Source: an uncultured Christensenella sp. (lineage in GTDB: Bacteria > Bacillota > Clostridia > Christensenellales > UBA1242). Taken from it: 64,000 nucleotides of DNA. The stretch's first letter is position 1. The number at the start of each line of letters is the position of its first letter. The notes beneath the pieces are model-generated. The model searched no databases and had not been told where the DNA came from. It worked only from the letters and a program-made list of their open reading frames with translations. The translations under genes and the position numbers were made by a program. The DNA is taken from positions 66,573-130,572 of the forward strand of contig CAOJZM010000002.1 in NCBI GenBank assembly GCA_948466185.1, written 5' to 3'. This document shows, piece after piece, positions 9,964-20,688 of this stretch.

Positions 9964-11166
9964 TTAATATGGCATTGTGACTGGGCAGTTGAATGAATAG
10001 TCGGTTGAGAGTGTGCCGTTGCATGTCGCAGGTATTCCGTATTTTACAACATAAATTTCATTAATGTCTGTGTGTACAAAATTCCATTCGTCATCTAAAT
10101 ATATGGTCATGGTTATTTCGGAAAATTTTGGACTTGATGCAAGCCCGCTTGTTAGCATAACTTGTTTATGATAGTTAATAGCCCCTAGAACTGGGTCGAG
10201 TTTCATTGTGTAGGCGTAAACTGGTTTATCATTATAGGTTGTAAATTCAATTTGAATATCCCCTTCATTAAGCACTGTTTTGGAAGAGACAACGTATGGA
10301 CTTAACCTGTCAGGCAAACTGCCGTTCAGTCCAACAAACTCGTTTGTCGTGTATTTTTTGTTTTCGCCATTCCAATCGGCACTTTCATCTTGAATGTTTG
10401 TTCCATGAATAAGGTTGACATTGTTTGAGCCCTTTTCATGCACTGCACAGATTGCAACAGTCATAAGCCCTTTGCTTTGACTTGTCAATTCATACTTTTT
10501 TCCATCATAAGCATGAACGCTGTATACAGATTGAGTGGCAATTGTGGCAACTTTCCCTCTTCCCACTGCCAAATAAGAACTTGCAAGGGAAGCCTTATAG
10601 GTGGCAAGTATAAAATTTTGGCTTGCGGAGAAGTTGAGTGGGCTTTTATGTTGTGCTTTTAAGCTTAACGCAAAATTTCGCAGTTCACTTTCAGTAGGAT
10701 TATCCCTGCCAAGAGCATTTGCAAGTATTAAATTCGTATTATCAAGGTAAGGCTCTTCGCTTTCAGGATAGTTTACTTGTGTCTGGCTGTCTGCGTAGTT
10801 TTTATACCATCCTCCTAGAATAGAACCAGTCACCACGCCTAAAATAAGTATGCAGGCCAGATTGAATACCCGTCTTTTCCAAGAAGTCTTCTTTCTTGAC
10901 TGAAGCTTTTTAGAAGGTGAGAATAGGGTGCTTTTTAAATCTTGGTCACGTTTAAGTTTTTGATATGGTTTTCCTTTGAAAAGTGGTTTTTGTTCTTTTT
11001 CAACCAGTATTGGTTTTAAAACTCTGAGGTCTTCAATTTTTCCAAGCAAAAAATCATCGGGCTGATTTTCAGTCCTAACTTGAATATCATCTTTTTCATT
11101 ATGTATATTAACTTCAGAAAGGTCAGGCGGGGTGCCTTTGCCTTTTTGATTAGATTCGTTATTCAT
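9964..11166 (-). CDS. Single-TM membrane protein with extracellular beta-rich domain; first gene of the operon with the 1843-aa protein
   Basis: Charged N-terminus, one TM (VFNLACILILGVVTGSILGGW); stop lies 12 bp before the next start. Confidence 0.7.
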   Translation of the reverse strand: MNNESNQKGKGTPPDLSEVNIHNEKDDIQVRTENQPDDFLLGKIEDLRVLKPILVEKEQKPLFKGKPYQKLKRDQDLKSTLFSPSKKLQSRKKTSWKRRVFNLACILILGVVTGSILGGWYKNYADSQTQVNYPESEEPYLDNTNLILANALGRDNPTESELRNFALSLKAQHKSPLNFSASQNFILATYKASLASSYLAVGRGKVATIATQSVYSVHAYDGKKYELTSQSKGLMTVAICAVHEKGSNNVNLIHGTNIQDESADWNGENKKYTTNEFVGLNGSLPDRLSPYVVSSKTVLNEGDIQIEFTTYNDKPVYAYTMKLDPVLGAINYHKQVMLTSGLASSPKFSEITMTIYLDDEWNFVHTDINEIYVVKYGIPATCNGTLSTDYSFNCPVTMPY

Positions 11167-11482
11167 TTTCAATCCTATTTAAAGGGGTATAATATCAGTT
11201 AAAAGGTTCAGTAAAACCCTAAGTGTTAATTTATTATTTTGCATTTATCCAAAAGTACTCAGATAAAAGTTATGTATTTTATAATTAATATATATAAATA
11301 TATATCAATCAAATAATAACATAATAACCTATATCTGTCAACAAAAATCAAAGAATTTATCATAAAAATCGTATTTTTCTATTTGGTTTTAAAAAAACTA
11401 CATAATAATGTATAATTATTCAAAATTTGTTTGGTTTATGCAAAAAAATGTGTTATTATGTAAATACATTAGGAGGATTGAC

Positions 11483-12154
11483 GTGGACAAGGAAAGCGTT
11501 ATTGTTGATTTGCATGAAAAAAATATAGGGGTTGAAGGTGAGGAGTTTTATGCCGTTATAGGTGCTTATATTGATAAAATAAATGAACTCAACGGTAAGA
11601 AAACTGAACTGCCAATAACGCTGTTAAAACATGCTAGCAAATATGAAGTGAGCGGTAGTGAGGAAGACAAAAAGGCATTTGAAAAAGAGTTTGGTGATTT
11701 TTTAAAGAAACAAAAGGCAGAGGTGAAACAGGTTTGTGAAAGTTCACAAACCAACAAGGAAAAAGTTGAGGCTTTACATAAAATTGCGATAGAATATGGC
11801 GTTAAACGAAGTTATCAGGAAACTGTATCCAGATGCCGTACTTTCACGGTTGTAAACGAACTATTGGAGCATGAAAAGGCATCCTATGTTGAAAATTATC
11901 AAAATTATTTGGCTCTCCGAGGGATTAAATATGATGAAAAGGCCTTGGAAGAAATGATTAGGAAAAGGGCGGGAAATGTTCAGACTTCAATTGAGACAAT
12001 AAAATCCACTATTAAAGGAAATATTGACAGTGAAGAAGATAAATTTCTTCTGGCCCAAATTAAATTTGTTGGAAGGACGGTTGGCCTTATTGTAGACGAC
12101 AGGTGCCGGATTTTAAATTGTCAGGCTGATTTTGAAGAGGGACAGGCGTCTTAA
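11483..12154 (+). CDS. Hypothetical helical protein
   Basis: AGGAGG RBS before GTG at 11483; uninterrupted ORF; no family recognised. Confidence 0.6.
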   Translation: MDKESVIVDLHEKNIGVEGEEFYAVIGAYIDKINELNGKKTELPITLLKHASKYEVSGSEEDKKAFEKEFGDFLKKQKAEVKQVCESSQTNKEKVEALHKIAIEYGVKRSYQETVSRCRTFTVVNELLEHEKASYVENYQNYLALRGIKYDEKALEEMIRKRAGNVQTSIETIKSTIKGNIDSEEDKFLLAQIKFVGRTVGLIVDDRCRILNCQADFEEGQAS

Positions 12155-12230
12155 CAGGGATAAGGAAGATACTTCTGGTGTAAAGCCAGACAAATATTAT
12201 CAAGAAAGATGAAAAAGTTTGTCAAAATGC

Positions 12231-12259
12231 TTGACATTAGCCTTTATATTATATAAAAT
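12231..12259 (+). promoter_or_regulatory. Sigma-A promoter of rplM-rpsI
   Basis: TTGACA-17 nt-TAAAAT. Confidence 0.75.
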
Positions 12260-12262
12260 AAT

Positions 12263-12340
12263 AACGTCTTAATTTGAGGCGTTTTTTGTTTGCACTAGCC
12301 CCGCGAATAAAATTTGCCAATATAATGCGATAAATTTTGG
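12263..12340 (+). ncRNA. Probable L13 ribosomal-protein leader RNA
   Basis: Stacked hairpins in the rplM 5' UTR, one with a CTAGCCCC loop (TTTGTTTGC-ACTAGCCCC-GCGAATAAA) as in Firmicute L13 leaders. Confidence 0.6.
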
Positions 12341-12348
12341 AGGAAAAA

Positions 12349-12792
12349 ATGAAAACATATATGGCAAAACCAGCGGACGTTGAAAGAAAATGGTACGTTG
12401 TTGATGCAACAAACATCCCTCTTGGAAGAGTGGCAAGCCAAGTTGCAGATATATTGACTGGTAAAAATAAACCAATTTACACACCACATGTGGATACAGG
12501 GGACTTTGTAATTGTTCTTAATTCAGATAAAATTGCTCTCACAGGCAAGAAGCTTGAAGAAAAGAAAATGAGATGGCACACTGGTTACATTGGTGGACTT
12601 AAAGAAGTAGGTTATGACAGGCTTATGGAAACAAAGTCTGACAAGGTTGTTGAAAAGGCAGTTAAAGGAATGCTTCCTAAAACAACTCTTGGAAGAAAGC
12701 AATTCACAAGACTTCATGTTTATAAAGATGGTGTTCACAACCATGAAGCTCAAAAACCTGAAACTATTGTAATTAAAGGAGCAAGAAACTAA
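12349..12792 (+). CDS. rplM: 50S ribosomal protein L13
   Basis: [44 protein letters not shown]. Confidence 0.98.
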   Translation: MKTYMAKPADVERKWYVVDATNIPLGRVASQVADILTGKNKPIYTPHVDTGDFVIVLNSDKIALTGKKLEEKKMRWHTGYIGGLKEVGYDRLMETKSDKVVEKAVKGMLPKTTLGRKQFTRLHVYKDGVHNHEAQKPETIVIKGARN

Positions 12793-13205
12793 TGGCAGAG
12801 AAGAAAGTTAAGAAAGAAAACGCTCAAATCATCTCAACTGGCAGAAGAAAAAAGTCAATAGCAAGAGTTAGACTTATGCCAGGAAATGGGAAAATCACTG
12901 TAAACGGCAGAGAAGTTGGAGAATATTTACAACTCAACACACTCCTTTTAATTGCACGTCAACCACTTGAACTTACTGGAACATCTGATAAGTTTGATAT
13001 CAATGTTAAGGTTGTTGGTGGTGGAATTTCCGGACAAGCAGGAGCAATCTGTCACGGTATTGCGAGAGCACTTGTCAGAGTAAGTGAAACTTACAAGAAA
13101 GAGCTTAAAGAGGCTGGACTTCTTACTCGTGACCCAAGAATGAAGGAAAGAAAGAAATACGGTTTAAAGAAAGCAAGAAAAGCATCTCAATTCTCAAAAC
13201 GTTAA
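12792..13205 (+). CDS. rpsI: 30S ribosomal protein S9
   Basis: [49 protein letters not shown]. Confidence 0.98.
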   Translation: MAEKKVKKENAQIISTGRRKKSIARVRLMPGNGKITVNGREVGEYLQLNTLLLIARQPLELTGTSDKFDINVKVVGGGISGQAGAICHGIARALVRVSETYKKELKEAGLLTRDPRMKERKKYGLKKARKASQFSKR

Positions 13206-13210
13206 TTGGC

Positions 13211-13240
13211 AAAAGTCGCATGCAATGCGGCTTTTTATTT
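13211..13240 (+). terminator. Intrinsic terminator after rpsI
   Basis: AAAAGTCGCAT-GCA-ATGCGGCTTTT followed by a T run. Confidence 0.7.
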
Positions 13241-13374
13241 TACAAGTATATTATATATTAATAACTTTTGTCCTTGAAATATAGGCAATTTTTGCTTTTT
13301 AATAAATTTGTGGAAATTATGATGTTGTTTGTAAATTTTTTAAATTTGATGTATTATATAATAAGGAGGCAATT

Positions 13375-14295
13375 ATGCTTTATGATGTATTAATAATTGG
13401 TGGTGGTCCTGCTGGAATTACTGCGGGTATATATTTGAAACGCGCAAATAAAAAAGTGGCTATTCTTGAAAAATTTGCTGCAGGCGGGCAAATTAATCTG
13501 ATTGGTAAAATTGAAAATTATCTCGGCTTTGAAAGTATTGAAGGAGAGGCTCTTGCAGGTCATTTCGCACGGCATGCAAAATTTTTAGAAATCCCTTTTA
13601 TTCATGAAGAAGCAAAAGAATATGAACTTGATGGAGATATAAAGAAAATTAAAACACGCAAGAATGTTTATGAAGCTAAATGCGTGATTTTTGCTCTTGG
13701 GTGTCATAGTCGTGCCCTTGGCATAAACGGTGAGAAAAAGTTTAAGGGGCGCGGCGTAAGCTATTGTGCAGTATGTGATGGTAATTTTTTTAAGGGGAAG
13801 AATGTGGTTGTGGTTGGATTTGGAGATAATGCTGTTAGCGACGCACTTTATCTTGCTGACATCTGCCAAAAGGTATATTTGATGACAGACAGGAAAATGC
13901 AACTTTTTATGCATAATGAAGAGGAGCTTAAGTCAAACAATATAACAGTTCTTCATAATGCTGTTGCAACCGAGATTGAAGGCGAAGAAGCAGTTGAAAA
14001 AATAAAATATTGCGTTAATAGTCAAGATGAACAACTTTTCGTTGATGGGGTTTTTGTTGCGGTGGGACGTAGTCCAGAAACTGAAATGTTGGCAGATAAA
14101 CTTAAACTTGATGATAAAGGCTTTATTATTACCGACCACAAAATGCAAACTTCCTTGCCGGGAGTATACGCATGTGGGGATGTGCGTGCAGATAATATAA
14201 AACAGATTCTGACGGCGTGCGGTGATGGTGTTGTGGCTGCAACTGAAGCAATAAAATATGTTTCATTATTAAATGTCAGAAATCTTAAAAATTAG
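13375..14295 (+). CDS. trxB: Thioredoxin reductase
   Basis: GGGPAG FAD motif, GVSYCAVCDG redox pair, TSLPGVYACGDV. Confidence 0.88.
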   Translation: MLYDVLIIGGGPAGITAGIYLKRANKKVAILEKFAAGGQINLIGKIENYLGFESIEGEALAGHFARHAKFLEIPFIHEEAKEYELDGDIKKIKTRKNVYEAKCVIFALGCHSRALGINGEKKFKGRGVSYCAVCDGNFFKGKNVVVVGFGDNAVSDALYLADICQKVYLMTDRKMQLFMHNEEELKSNNITVLHNAVATEIEGEEAVEKIKYCVNSQDEQLFVDGVFVAVGRSPETEMLADKLKLDDKGFIITDHKMQTSLPGVYACGDVRADNIKQILTACGDGVVAATEAIKYVSLLNVRNLKN

Positions 14296-14372
14296 ATTAA
14301 TTTTTTTGTTTTTGGTATTGACTTGCAGTCCGCTAAATGTTATACTCAAGTGTATTTTAAAAGGATTATATT

Positions 14373-15020
14373 ATGCTGCATAAAAAATTTTCAAAATTAG
14401 ATAAAGATTATATTATTTTACATTCAAAGTACCTTGTTGATAACAATAAACAAGCTTATTTTAATAGAATTGAGAAACTTGCATCACTTGGTCAGCTTAA
14501 TGCTATTCAGGACTTTTATAAGTTTCGTGATGAAGTCAAGGGTAACGGCTATGTTAATGAGAAAGTTGAAGAGCATGTAAAACATTTTATAGATGACTAT
14601 TTTATCAATTTTGAAGAAGCTTATGCCTTGTTGTTAAGGGAAGGGCAGACGGGTGACAAAGAATATGTTTTTGATGTTGTCAATAAAGAATTTAAGGATC
14701 AATTTTTTAATGATAGATTTGTTGCATGTGTTATTGCTGAAAGGGGTTTAGAAATTTATCACGAATTAGGAGATAGTAAAACCACCGCAACTCAAGCAAA
14801 TTTTAAAAATATGCGAGGAGTTTTAAAAGAAGGATTGCTATACTTTAAAAATAATGAGTTAACAGGTGAGAAGTATGATATTATGAGTTATGTTACCACA
14901 CTTTATAGCCTTCGCTGTGTTAAAAATAAAACTCATTTACAAGTTAAACGTTGTTATAATAATCTTAATCGACTTGCAAACAAGCCGCTCAGTCAAAATT
15001 ACGAAGATGAAAATGTTTAA
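14373..15020 (+). CDS. Hypothetical protein
   Basis: 215-aa ORF with its own TTGACT-17-TATACT promoter and downstream hairpin terminator; no family recognised. Confidence 0.6.
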   Translation: MLHKKFSKLDKDYIILHSKYLVDNNKQAYFNRIEKLASLGQLNAIQDFYKFRDEVKGNGYVNEKVEEHVKHFIDDYFINFEEAYALLLREGQTGDKEYVFDVVNKEFKDQFFNDRFVACVIAERGLEIYHELGDSKTTATQANFKNMRGVLKEGLLYFKNNELTGEKYDIMSYVTTLYSLRCVKNKTHLQVKRCYNNLNRLANKPLSQNYEDENV

Positions 15021-15121
15021 TAAAATATATTTAAAAGCACCAAAAAAATGGTGCTTTTTTTATAACTAAAGATTCGAGTTTTTCTATAAAAATAGTGTTT
15101 AAGATGTCAGGTTGTGTTAAT

Positions 15122-16309
15122 TTATTCATGTGGGTTTTTGCTGTTATTGATAAATTTGGCTTTATCACTTGCAAGTGATATGGCTCCATACTTTTCATTA
15201 ATTTTATTTATTGACGCGGATAAATCGCTTTCATTTTCAAACATAGACAGTTGTTTTGCATTATCTGGACAAAAGTCAGATGTACGTAATCTGATGGAGC
15301 GTATTGGAATGCTATATTTCCAAAAACTATCCAAAAGTTTCAGGCCTTCTGATGCTAATTTTTTTATGTCGTGTGTGGAGGATATCTTTCTGCTTTTGCC
15401 AAACCTTTCCATTTTGTAAGTTTTTACACTTATGCCGATCGTATTTGCAAAAAGGCCATGCTTAACAAGTCTTGCTGACACTTTTTCTGCAAGAAAGGCA
15501 ATGACAGAAATTATTTCCTCCCGGGATGTTATGTCCTTTAAAGTGGTGGTGCCATTACCAATACTTTTTGGTGGCGGAAGTTTATAATAGTTGCATACGG
15601 ATTCAAATCTCTCGCCCAATAGACTTTCTTTGAGGTGGACACCGGTTATACCCATTATATCTTTGAGGTAATCATCTGGAAGAGTTACAAATTCGCCGAT
15701 GGTTGTTATATTCATATTCTTAAACTTTTTTTCAAGGCGGTGACCGATACCAATGATTGAACCAAGTGGAAGGTTGTATGTTTGTTGCTTAAAGGAAGAG
15801 TGCGGAATAATAGTGGTGGCGTTAGGCTTTTTCAGGTCTGAACCAAGTTTTGCAAATATTTTGGAAAATGACACACCTATTGAAACAGTAAAGCCAAACT
15901 GGGTTTGAACTTTTTTTCGTATTTCATCTGCTATTTGTTGACCATTTTTGCCTAGGTAATTTAAACTGTCTGTAACATCTAACCAACATTCATCAAGCCC
16001 CAACGGTTCTACAAAATCGGTGTAGCAAAGGTATAATTCATGTAGTTTTTCAGAAATCTCCTGATATAAATCATAGTGGGGTTGCAAAACTACAAGCTCG
16101 GGACATAAATTCTTGGCTTCCCAAATGACCTGTCCCGTCTTAACACCAAATTTTTTTGCGATCTCATTTTTGGCAAGTATCACTCCAGTACGTTTCTTGG
16201 GATTTCCTGCAACTGCCACTGGTTTATTAAAAAGTTCCTGTTTCGACGCACATTCCACAGAGGCAAAAAAATTATTTACGTCTGAATGTAAGATTGTCCT
16301 CTCTTTCAT
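15122..16309 (-). CDS. dinB: DNA polymerase IV (Y-family)
   Basis: ILHSDVNNFFASVE, AKKFGVKTG, GLDECWLDVT, AKLGSDLKKP. Confidence 0.93.
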   Translation of the reverse strand: MKERTILHSDVNNFFASVECASKQELFNKPVAVAGNPKKRTGVILAKNEIAKKFGVKTGQVIWEAKNLCPELVVLQPHYDLYQEISEKLHELYLCYTDFVEPLGLDECWLDVTDSLNYLGKNGQQIADEIRKKVQTQFGFTVSIGVSFSKIFAKLGSDLKKPNATTIIPHSSFKQQTYNLPLGSIIGIGHRLEKKFKNMNITTIGEFVTLPDDYLKDIMGITGVHLKESLLGERFESVCNYYKLPPPKSIGNGTTTLKDITSREEIISVIAFLAEKVSARLVKHGLFANTIGISVKTYKMERFGKSRKISSTHDIKKLASEGLKLLDSFWKYSIPIRSIRLRTSDFCPDNAKQLSMFENESDLSASINKINEKYGAISLASDKAKFINNSKNPHE

Positions 16310-16364
16310 TTGATTTAATGTCCCTTTTTGTTGTATAATTAGGCTATGTAAAAAGAGGAGTTTT

Positions 16365-17291
16365 ATGCGAACCTATGTTTCCCAAAAAGGATTAAGGAAC
16401 AGTTATTGTGATAGTTTAAAATCGTTTTTATTTCAGCATTTTCCATTGCAAGAAGTGGTTAAAATTAGGGCGCTGCCTATTAACGATGATGAGGATAGAT
16501 GGCTATGTGAGTATAGTGTTATTAAAAACTTGTTTGCTGGGGTGAGAGAATTAAATCTTGGATGCAAATACGCCAATAATGCAATCTATATGCTGGATAA
16601 ATATGGGTTGAGTGGGAATGCTGTGGTGCAAGAAACTATTGATTTGCCGGAAATTACGGATAGAGTGATTTTTCATGTGGTGGATGTGTTAGCATATAGT
16701 GAAAATGAACTTCAGGATATAGCCTTAAAACTGGGTCGAAGTAAAGTGCCGGTTATGATTACATATGGACGAAGTTTAAATGAAATGGGCAGTATTGATA
16801 AAGAGTATGGGCAGTCTCCAGCCACATTTTTGGAAAGCTTAGGCTTTTTGGATAGAGAATGCTTTATATTAGGAGGAAATTATCTTGACAAGGACGACTT
16901 GATGTTACTGGCCTCCTATGATGCCAAAATCATTGTTTCACCCAGATCGGATATGCTTGTTGCACGTGGGTTTATCAATCTTTCTCCGCTAGTCTCTCAA
17001 AATATTGAAATTTTGTTTGCTAGCGATGAATATCCCGAGGTGGATATGATAAGCGAAGTGGAACTTGGATGCGGACAAACGGGGAATTTAATGACCAGCT
17101 CCAAATATGCTGAACCTTCAAAGCTTGTGCTTAACGTATTGAAAGAGAAATTGAGCATAGATGATGAAATTCTTCATAGGGTTATCAAACTGGATGAGGA
17201 TTTGACAAAGGAAAATACCATGGTTAAGCTTCGTTATTATGAACTGGAGAAAAAATTAATAAAAATATTTAAGGAGAAATTATGGAAATAG
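16365..17291 (+). CDS. Amidohydrolase-superfamily-like protein (divergent)
   Basis: C-terminal half resembles MTA/SAH deaminase-type amidohydrolases (YGQSPATFLESLGFL, IIVSPRSDM, LFASD); overlaps the tex start. Confidence 0.55.
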   Translation: MRTYVSQKGLRNSYCDSLKSFLFQHFPLQEVVKIRALPINDDEDRWLCEYSVIKNLFAGVRELNLGCKYANNAIYMLDKYGLSGNAVVQETIDLPEITDRVIFHVVDVLAYSENELQDIALKLGRSKVPVMITYGRSLNEMGSIDKEYGQSPATFLESLGFLDRECFILGGNYLDKDDLMLLASYDAKIIVSPRSDMLVARGFINLSPLVSQNIEILFASDEYPEVDMISEVELGCGQTGNLMTSSKYAEPSKLVLNVLKEKLSIDDEILHRVIKLDEDLTKENTMVKLRYYELEKKLIKIFKEKLWK

Positions 17292-19438
17292 TACAAGAAC
17301 TTGCCTCTGAGTTTGGCTTAAAACTCGAATATTCACAAAATATAATCAACTTGATTGATGAAGGATGTACAATCCCATTTATTGCACGTTATAGAAAGGA
17401 AATGCACGGAACTTGTGATGACCAGACTTTGCGTGAATTTTCGGATAGGCTTAAGTATCTTAGAAATCTTAATGCTGAGAAAGAAAAGGTGGAAAAGACT
17501 ATTACAGAACAGGGGAAATGGACGGAGGAACTTGCGACTGCTCTTTCACAGGCTCGAACTATGACTGAGGTTGAGGATATTTATAGGCCATATAAACCAA
17601 AACGTAAAACAAGAGCTTCAGTTGCAATTGCAAAAGGTCTTGAGCCTCTTGCTGATATTTTGCAAGCACAATCAAAATCTTTTGTTATTATGGAAGAAGC
17701 AAAGAAGTTTATCACTGAGGAAGTGAAAACAGTGGAAGATGCTCTTGCAGGTGCGAAAGATATTCTAGCTGAAAGAATTTCTGACGATGCCGAACTTCGC
17801 AAAGTGTTACGTGAATATATAGCAGAGAAGGCGACCATTTCATGTGAACTTGTTGAAGGGGAGAATAGTGCAACCTACGAAACTTATGCCGGCTTTAAAC
17901 AAGAAGTTAAAAATATACCAAGTCATAGAATTCTTGCAATCAATCGCGGCGAAAATGAAAAATGCCTTAAGGTTTGCATAAATGTTGAGCAAGAAAAATG
18001 TTTAAATATCATTAACAAAAGTTTTAAGAAAAATAATGAGGATACCGATGTTTTAATGAACGAGGCTATTGCTGACTGTTTTGAAAGACTCCTATTTCCT
18101 TCCCTTGAAAGAGAATGTCGAAACAATCTCACAGACCGGGCAAACGAGCAGGCAATAAAGATGTTTGAAGTGAACTTGAAGCCTCTTCTTATGGAAGCCC
18201 CACTTAAGAACAATATTATCCTTGGACTTGACCCAGCATACAGAACTGGCTGCAAGATTGCGGTTATAGATAAGCATGGTAATGTGCTTGATACCACCGT
18301 TATTTATCCAACGCCTCCGCAATCTAAGACGGAGGAAAGTATTGCAAAATTAAAAGTTTTAATTGAAAAATATAATGTTGATATCGTTTCTATTGGAAAT
18401 GGAACAGCATCAAAAGAGGCAGAAATATTTGTTGCAGAACTTATAAAACATGTTTCTCGTCCAGTAAGTTATGCTGTGGTGAGTGAGGCCGGGGCCTCAG
18501 TATATTCAGCGTCGAAACTTGGTGCCGAAGAATTTCCAGACTATGACGTATCGTTAAGAAGTGCGGTGTCAATTGCACGTAGGCTTCAGGATCCACTTGC
18601 CGAGCTTATTAAGATTGATGTTAAATCAATTGGTGTTGGTCAGTACCAACATGACATGCCTCAGAACCGCTTAACAGAAGTTTTAACGGGTGTTGTTGAG
18701 GATTGTGTAAACTCGGTGGGAGTTGATCTTAACACCGCTTCTCCAAGCCTTCTTTCCTATGTGTCTGGGCTTAATATGTCAATCGCAAAGAATATTGTTG
18801 CGTATCGTGCAAAAGCGAAAGGAATAAAAAATAGAGAAGAACTTTTATCTGTGTCAAAACTTGGGCCAAAAGCATATGAGCAATGTGCTGGCTTTTTAAG
18901 GGTTGTTGGTGGAAATGAAATACTTGATAACACCGCTGTGCATCCAGAAAGCTATGACGCAACAAGAAAACTTTTGAAACTTTTCAACCTGAGCGAAGAA
19001 GATATTAAAAATAACAACCTTGTAGAGCTTCCAAACCTTGTCAGAGCAAAAGGGGAAGATAAGGTTGCTAAAGAGATTGGTGTTGGAACTCCAACCTTAA
19101 ATGATATAGTGAATGAACTTTTGAAACCGGGTAGAGATATTCGAGAAAGTATGCCAAAGCCAATTTTAAGAAGCGACATTCTATCAATGGAAGATTTAAA
19201 GGAAGGAATGGTGCTTAGCGGAACTGTTCGAAATGTAATTGACTTCGGTGCTTTTGTGGATATAGGGGTGCATCAAGATGGGCTTGTGCACATCTCTCAA
19301 ATTTCTGATTCATTTATTCGTCATCCATCGGAAGCACTTAAAGTTGGGCAGCATGTGGAGGTTAAAGTCCTGTCTGTTGACCCAGTAAAAAAACGTATTT
19401 CCTTAACGATGAAGGGAATAGAGAAAAATGAAGATTAA
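17282..19438 (+). CDS. tex: Tex RNA-binding transcription accessory protein
   Basis: TIPFIARYRKE, GLDPAYRTGCK, SIARRLQDPLAELIKI, C-terminal S1 domain. Confidence 0.95.
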   Translation: MEIVQELASEFGLKLEYSQNIINLIDEGCTIPFIARYRKEMHGTCDDQTLREFSDRLKYLRNLNAEKEKVEKTITEQGKWTEELATALSQARTMTEVEDIYRPYKPKRKTRASVAIAKGLEPLADILQAQSKSFVIMEEAKKFITEEVKTVEDALAGAKDILAERISDDAELRKVLREYIAEKATISCELVEGENSATYETYAGFKQEVKNIPSHRILAINRGENEKCLKVCINVEQEKCLNIINKSFKKNNEDTDVLMNEAIADCFERLLFPSLERECRNNLTDRANEQAIKMFEVNLKPLLMEAPLKNNIILGLDPAYRTGCKIAVIDKHGNVLDTTVIYPTPPQSKTEESIAKLKVLIEKYNVDIVSIGNGTASKEAEIFVAELIKHVSRPVSYAVVSEAGASVYSASKLGAEEFPDYDVSLRSAVSIARRLQDPLAELIKIDVKSIGVGQYQHDMPQNRLTEVLTGVVEDCVNSVGVDLNTASPSLLSYVSGLNMSIAKNIVAYRAKAKGIKNREELLSVSKLGPKAYEQCAGFLRVVGGNEILDNTAVHPESYDATRKLLKLFNLSEEDIKNNNLVELPNLVRAKGEDKVAKEIGVGTPTLNDIVNELLKPGRDIRESMPKPILRSDILSMEDLKEGMVLSGTVRNVIDFGAFVDIGVHQDGLVHISQISDSFIRHPSEALKVGQHVEVKVLSVDPVKKRISLTMKGIEKNED

Positions 19439-19512
19439 TGACTTCTCTGTTACAGAAATACAATATATTGTAATTAGTACGCTTGCATACTAGCTAAATA
19501 TTGGAGGTTAAA

Positions 19513-19689
19513 ATGTCAAAGTGCCCATATTGCCTTACAACTTATAAAGAAATTATGCAAACAGGCTTTGTGGGCTGTGAGCATTGTTATCAAGAAATAC
19601 CTGAGCTTCAAGAAGCCCTTGACAAACTTTATGGAGACAAAAGACATAAGGGGCGAAGATTAAAAAGAGGTGGAAATGGAAGTTTATGA
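19513..19689 (+). CDS. mcsA: Miniature McsA-like zinc-finger protein
   Basis: CPYC...GFVGCEHCY...LYGDKRHKG matches the second Zn finger of McsA; lies directly before mcsB-clpC; GGAGG RBS. Confidence 0.75.
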   Translation: MSKCPYCLTTYKEIMQTGFVGCEHCYQEIPELQEALDKLYGDKRHKGRRLKRGGNGSL

Positions 19690-20683
19690 TGATATTGCAA
19701 TTTCTTCCCGTATTCGCCTTGCACGTAATGTTAAGGGTGTGAAATTTTATATCAAACTTGATAATGACGAGGACGCAAAGCAAATAGTTAAAAGTGTTAA
19801 ATTGGTGTTAGATAGATTTGACTTATTTAATTTTTTAACTCTTAAAAATCTTTCATTAAGTGAATGCAATGCACTTTTTGAGCAACATTTGATAAGCCAC
19901 GAGCTTATTGCAAATAAGGACATATCTTCGGTGGCAATCAGCGAAGATGAAAAGGTCATTGTTATGATAAATGAGGAAGATCATATTCGTGAGCAATGCC
20001 TTGAAAGCGGCTTTAATCTTTTAAAGCCTTATAAAAGACTTCGGGCTATAGACGATGCAATCCTTGGTGAACTTGACATCGCTTTTGATGAGCGATTCGG
20101 TTTTATAACTGCAAGCCCTTCCAATCTTGGCAGCGGTATGCGTGCTTCAGTTATGCTTTTTCTTCCAGCCCTTGAGCGTGCTGGAAAAATCAATGAGCTT
20201 TTTGACAGAGCAGGAAAAAATGGTCTTACCATTCGCGGTATTTATGGTGAGGGAAGCAAGAACGAAGCAAGCTTTTATCAGATATCAAATCAAGGCAGCC
20301 TTGGCAAAAGTGAAGAAGAAATTATTGATGATGTGAGCGAAATTATATACCAAATTTGTAATGAAGAAAAAGAAATGCGTGATTATTATATGCTGAGTGA
20401 ACGGGCAGAAATTAACGATGAGGCATTAAGGGCTTATGGTACACTTGTAAATTGCTATATGCTGAGTGAAAGCGAGATGATGAGGCTTTTATCTAAGGTT
20501 AAATTTGGAAGCAGTCTTGGTTTTCTTGATATTCTAGATATTGACAAATTCCAAAAACTTTACTACGAAGGAGGAAGTGCAAACCTTAAAGAAATTTTTG
20601 GTTTTTCTGATACAAAAAAGGAAAACATATTAAGAGCGGAGTATATATCTAAAAAGATAAAAAGTCTTGTTAAACGGAGGTAG
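19676..20683 (+). CDS. mcsB: McsB-family ATP:guanido phosphotransferase (protein arginine kinase-like)
   Basis: SSRIRLARN, MINEEDHIR, GMRASVML, RGIYGEGS, YQISNQ; operon position. Confidence 0.9.
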   Translation: MEVYDDIAISSRIRLARNVKGVKFYIKLDNDEDAKQIVKSVKLVLDRFDLFNFLTLKNLSLSECNALFEQHLISHELIANKDISSVAISEDEKVIVMINEEDHIREQCLESGFNLLKPYKRLRAIDDAILGELDIAFDERFGFITASPSNLGSGMRASVMLFLPALERAGKINELFDRAGKNGLTIRGIYGEGSKNEASFYQISNQGSLGKSEEEIIDDVSEIIYQICNEEKEMRDYYMLSERAEINDEALRAYGTLVNCYMLSESEMMRLLSKVKFGSSLGFLDILDIDKFQKLYYEGGSANLKEIFGFSDTKKENILRAEYISKKIKSLVKRR

Positions 20684-20688
20684 AGGGA

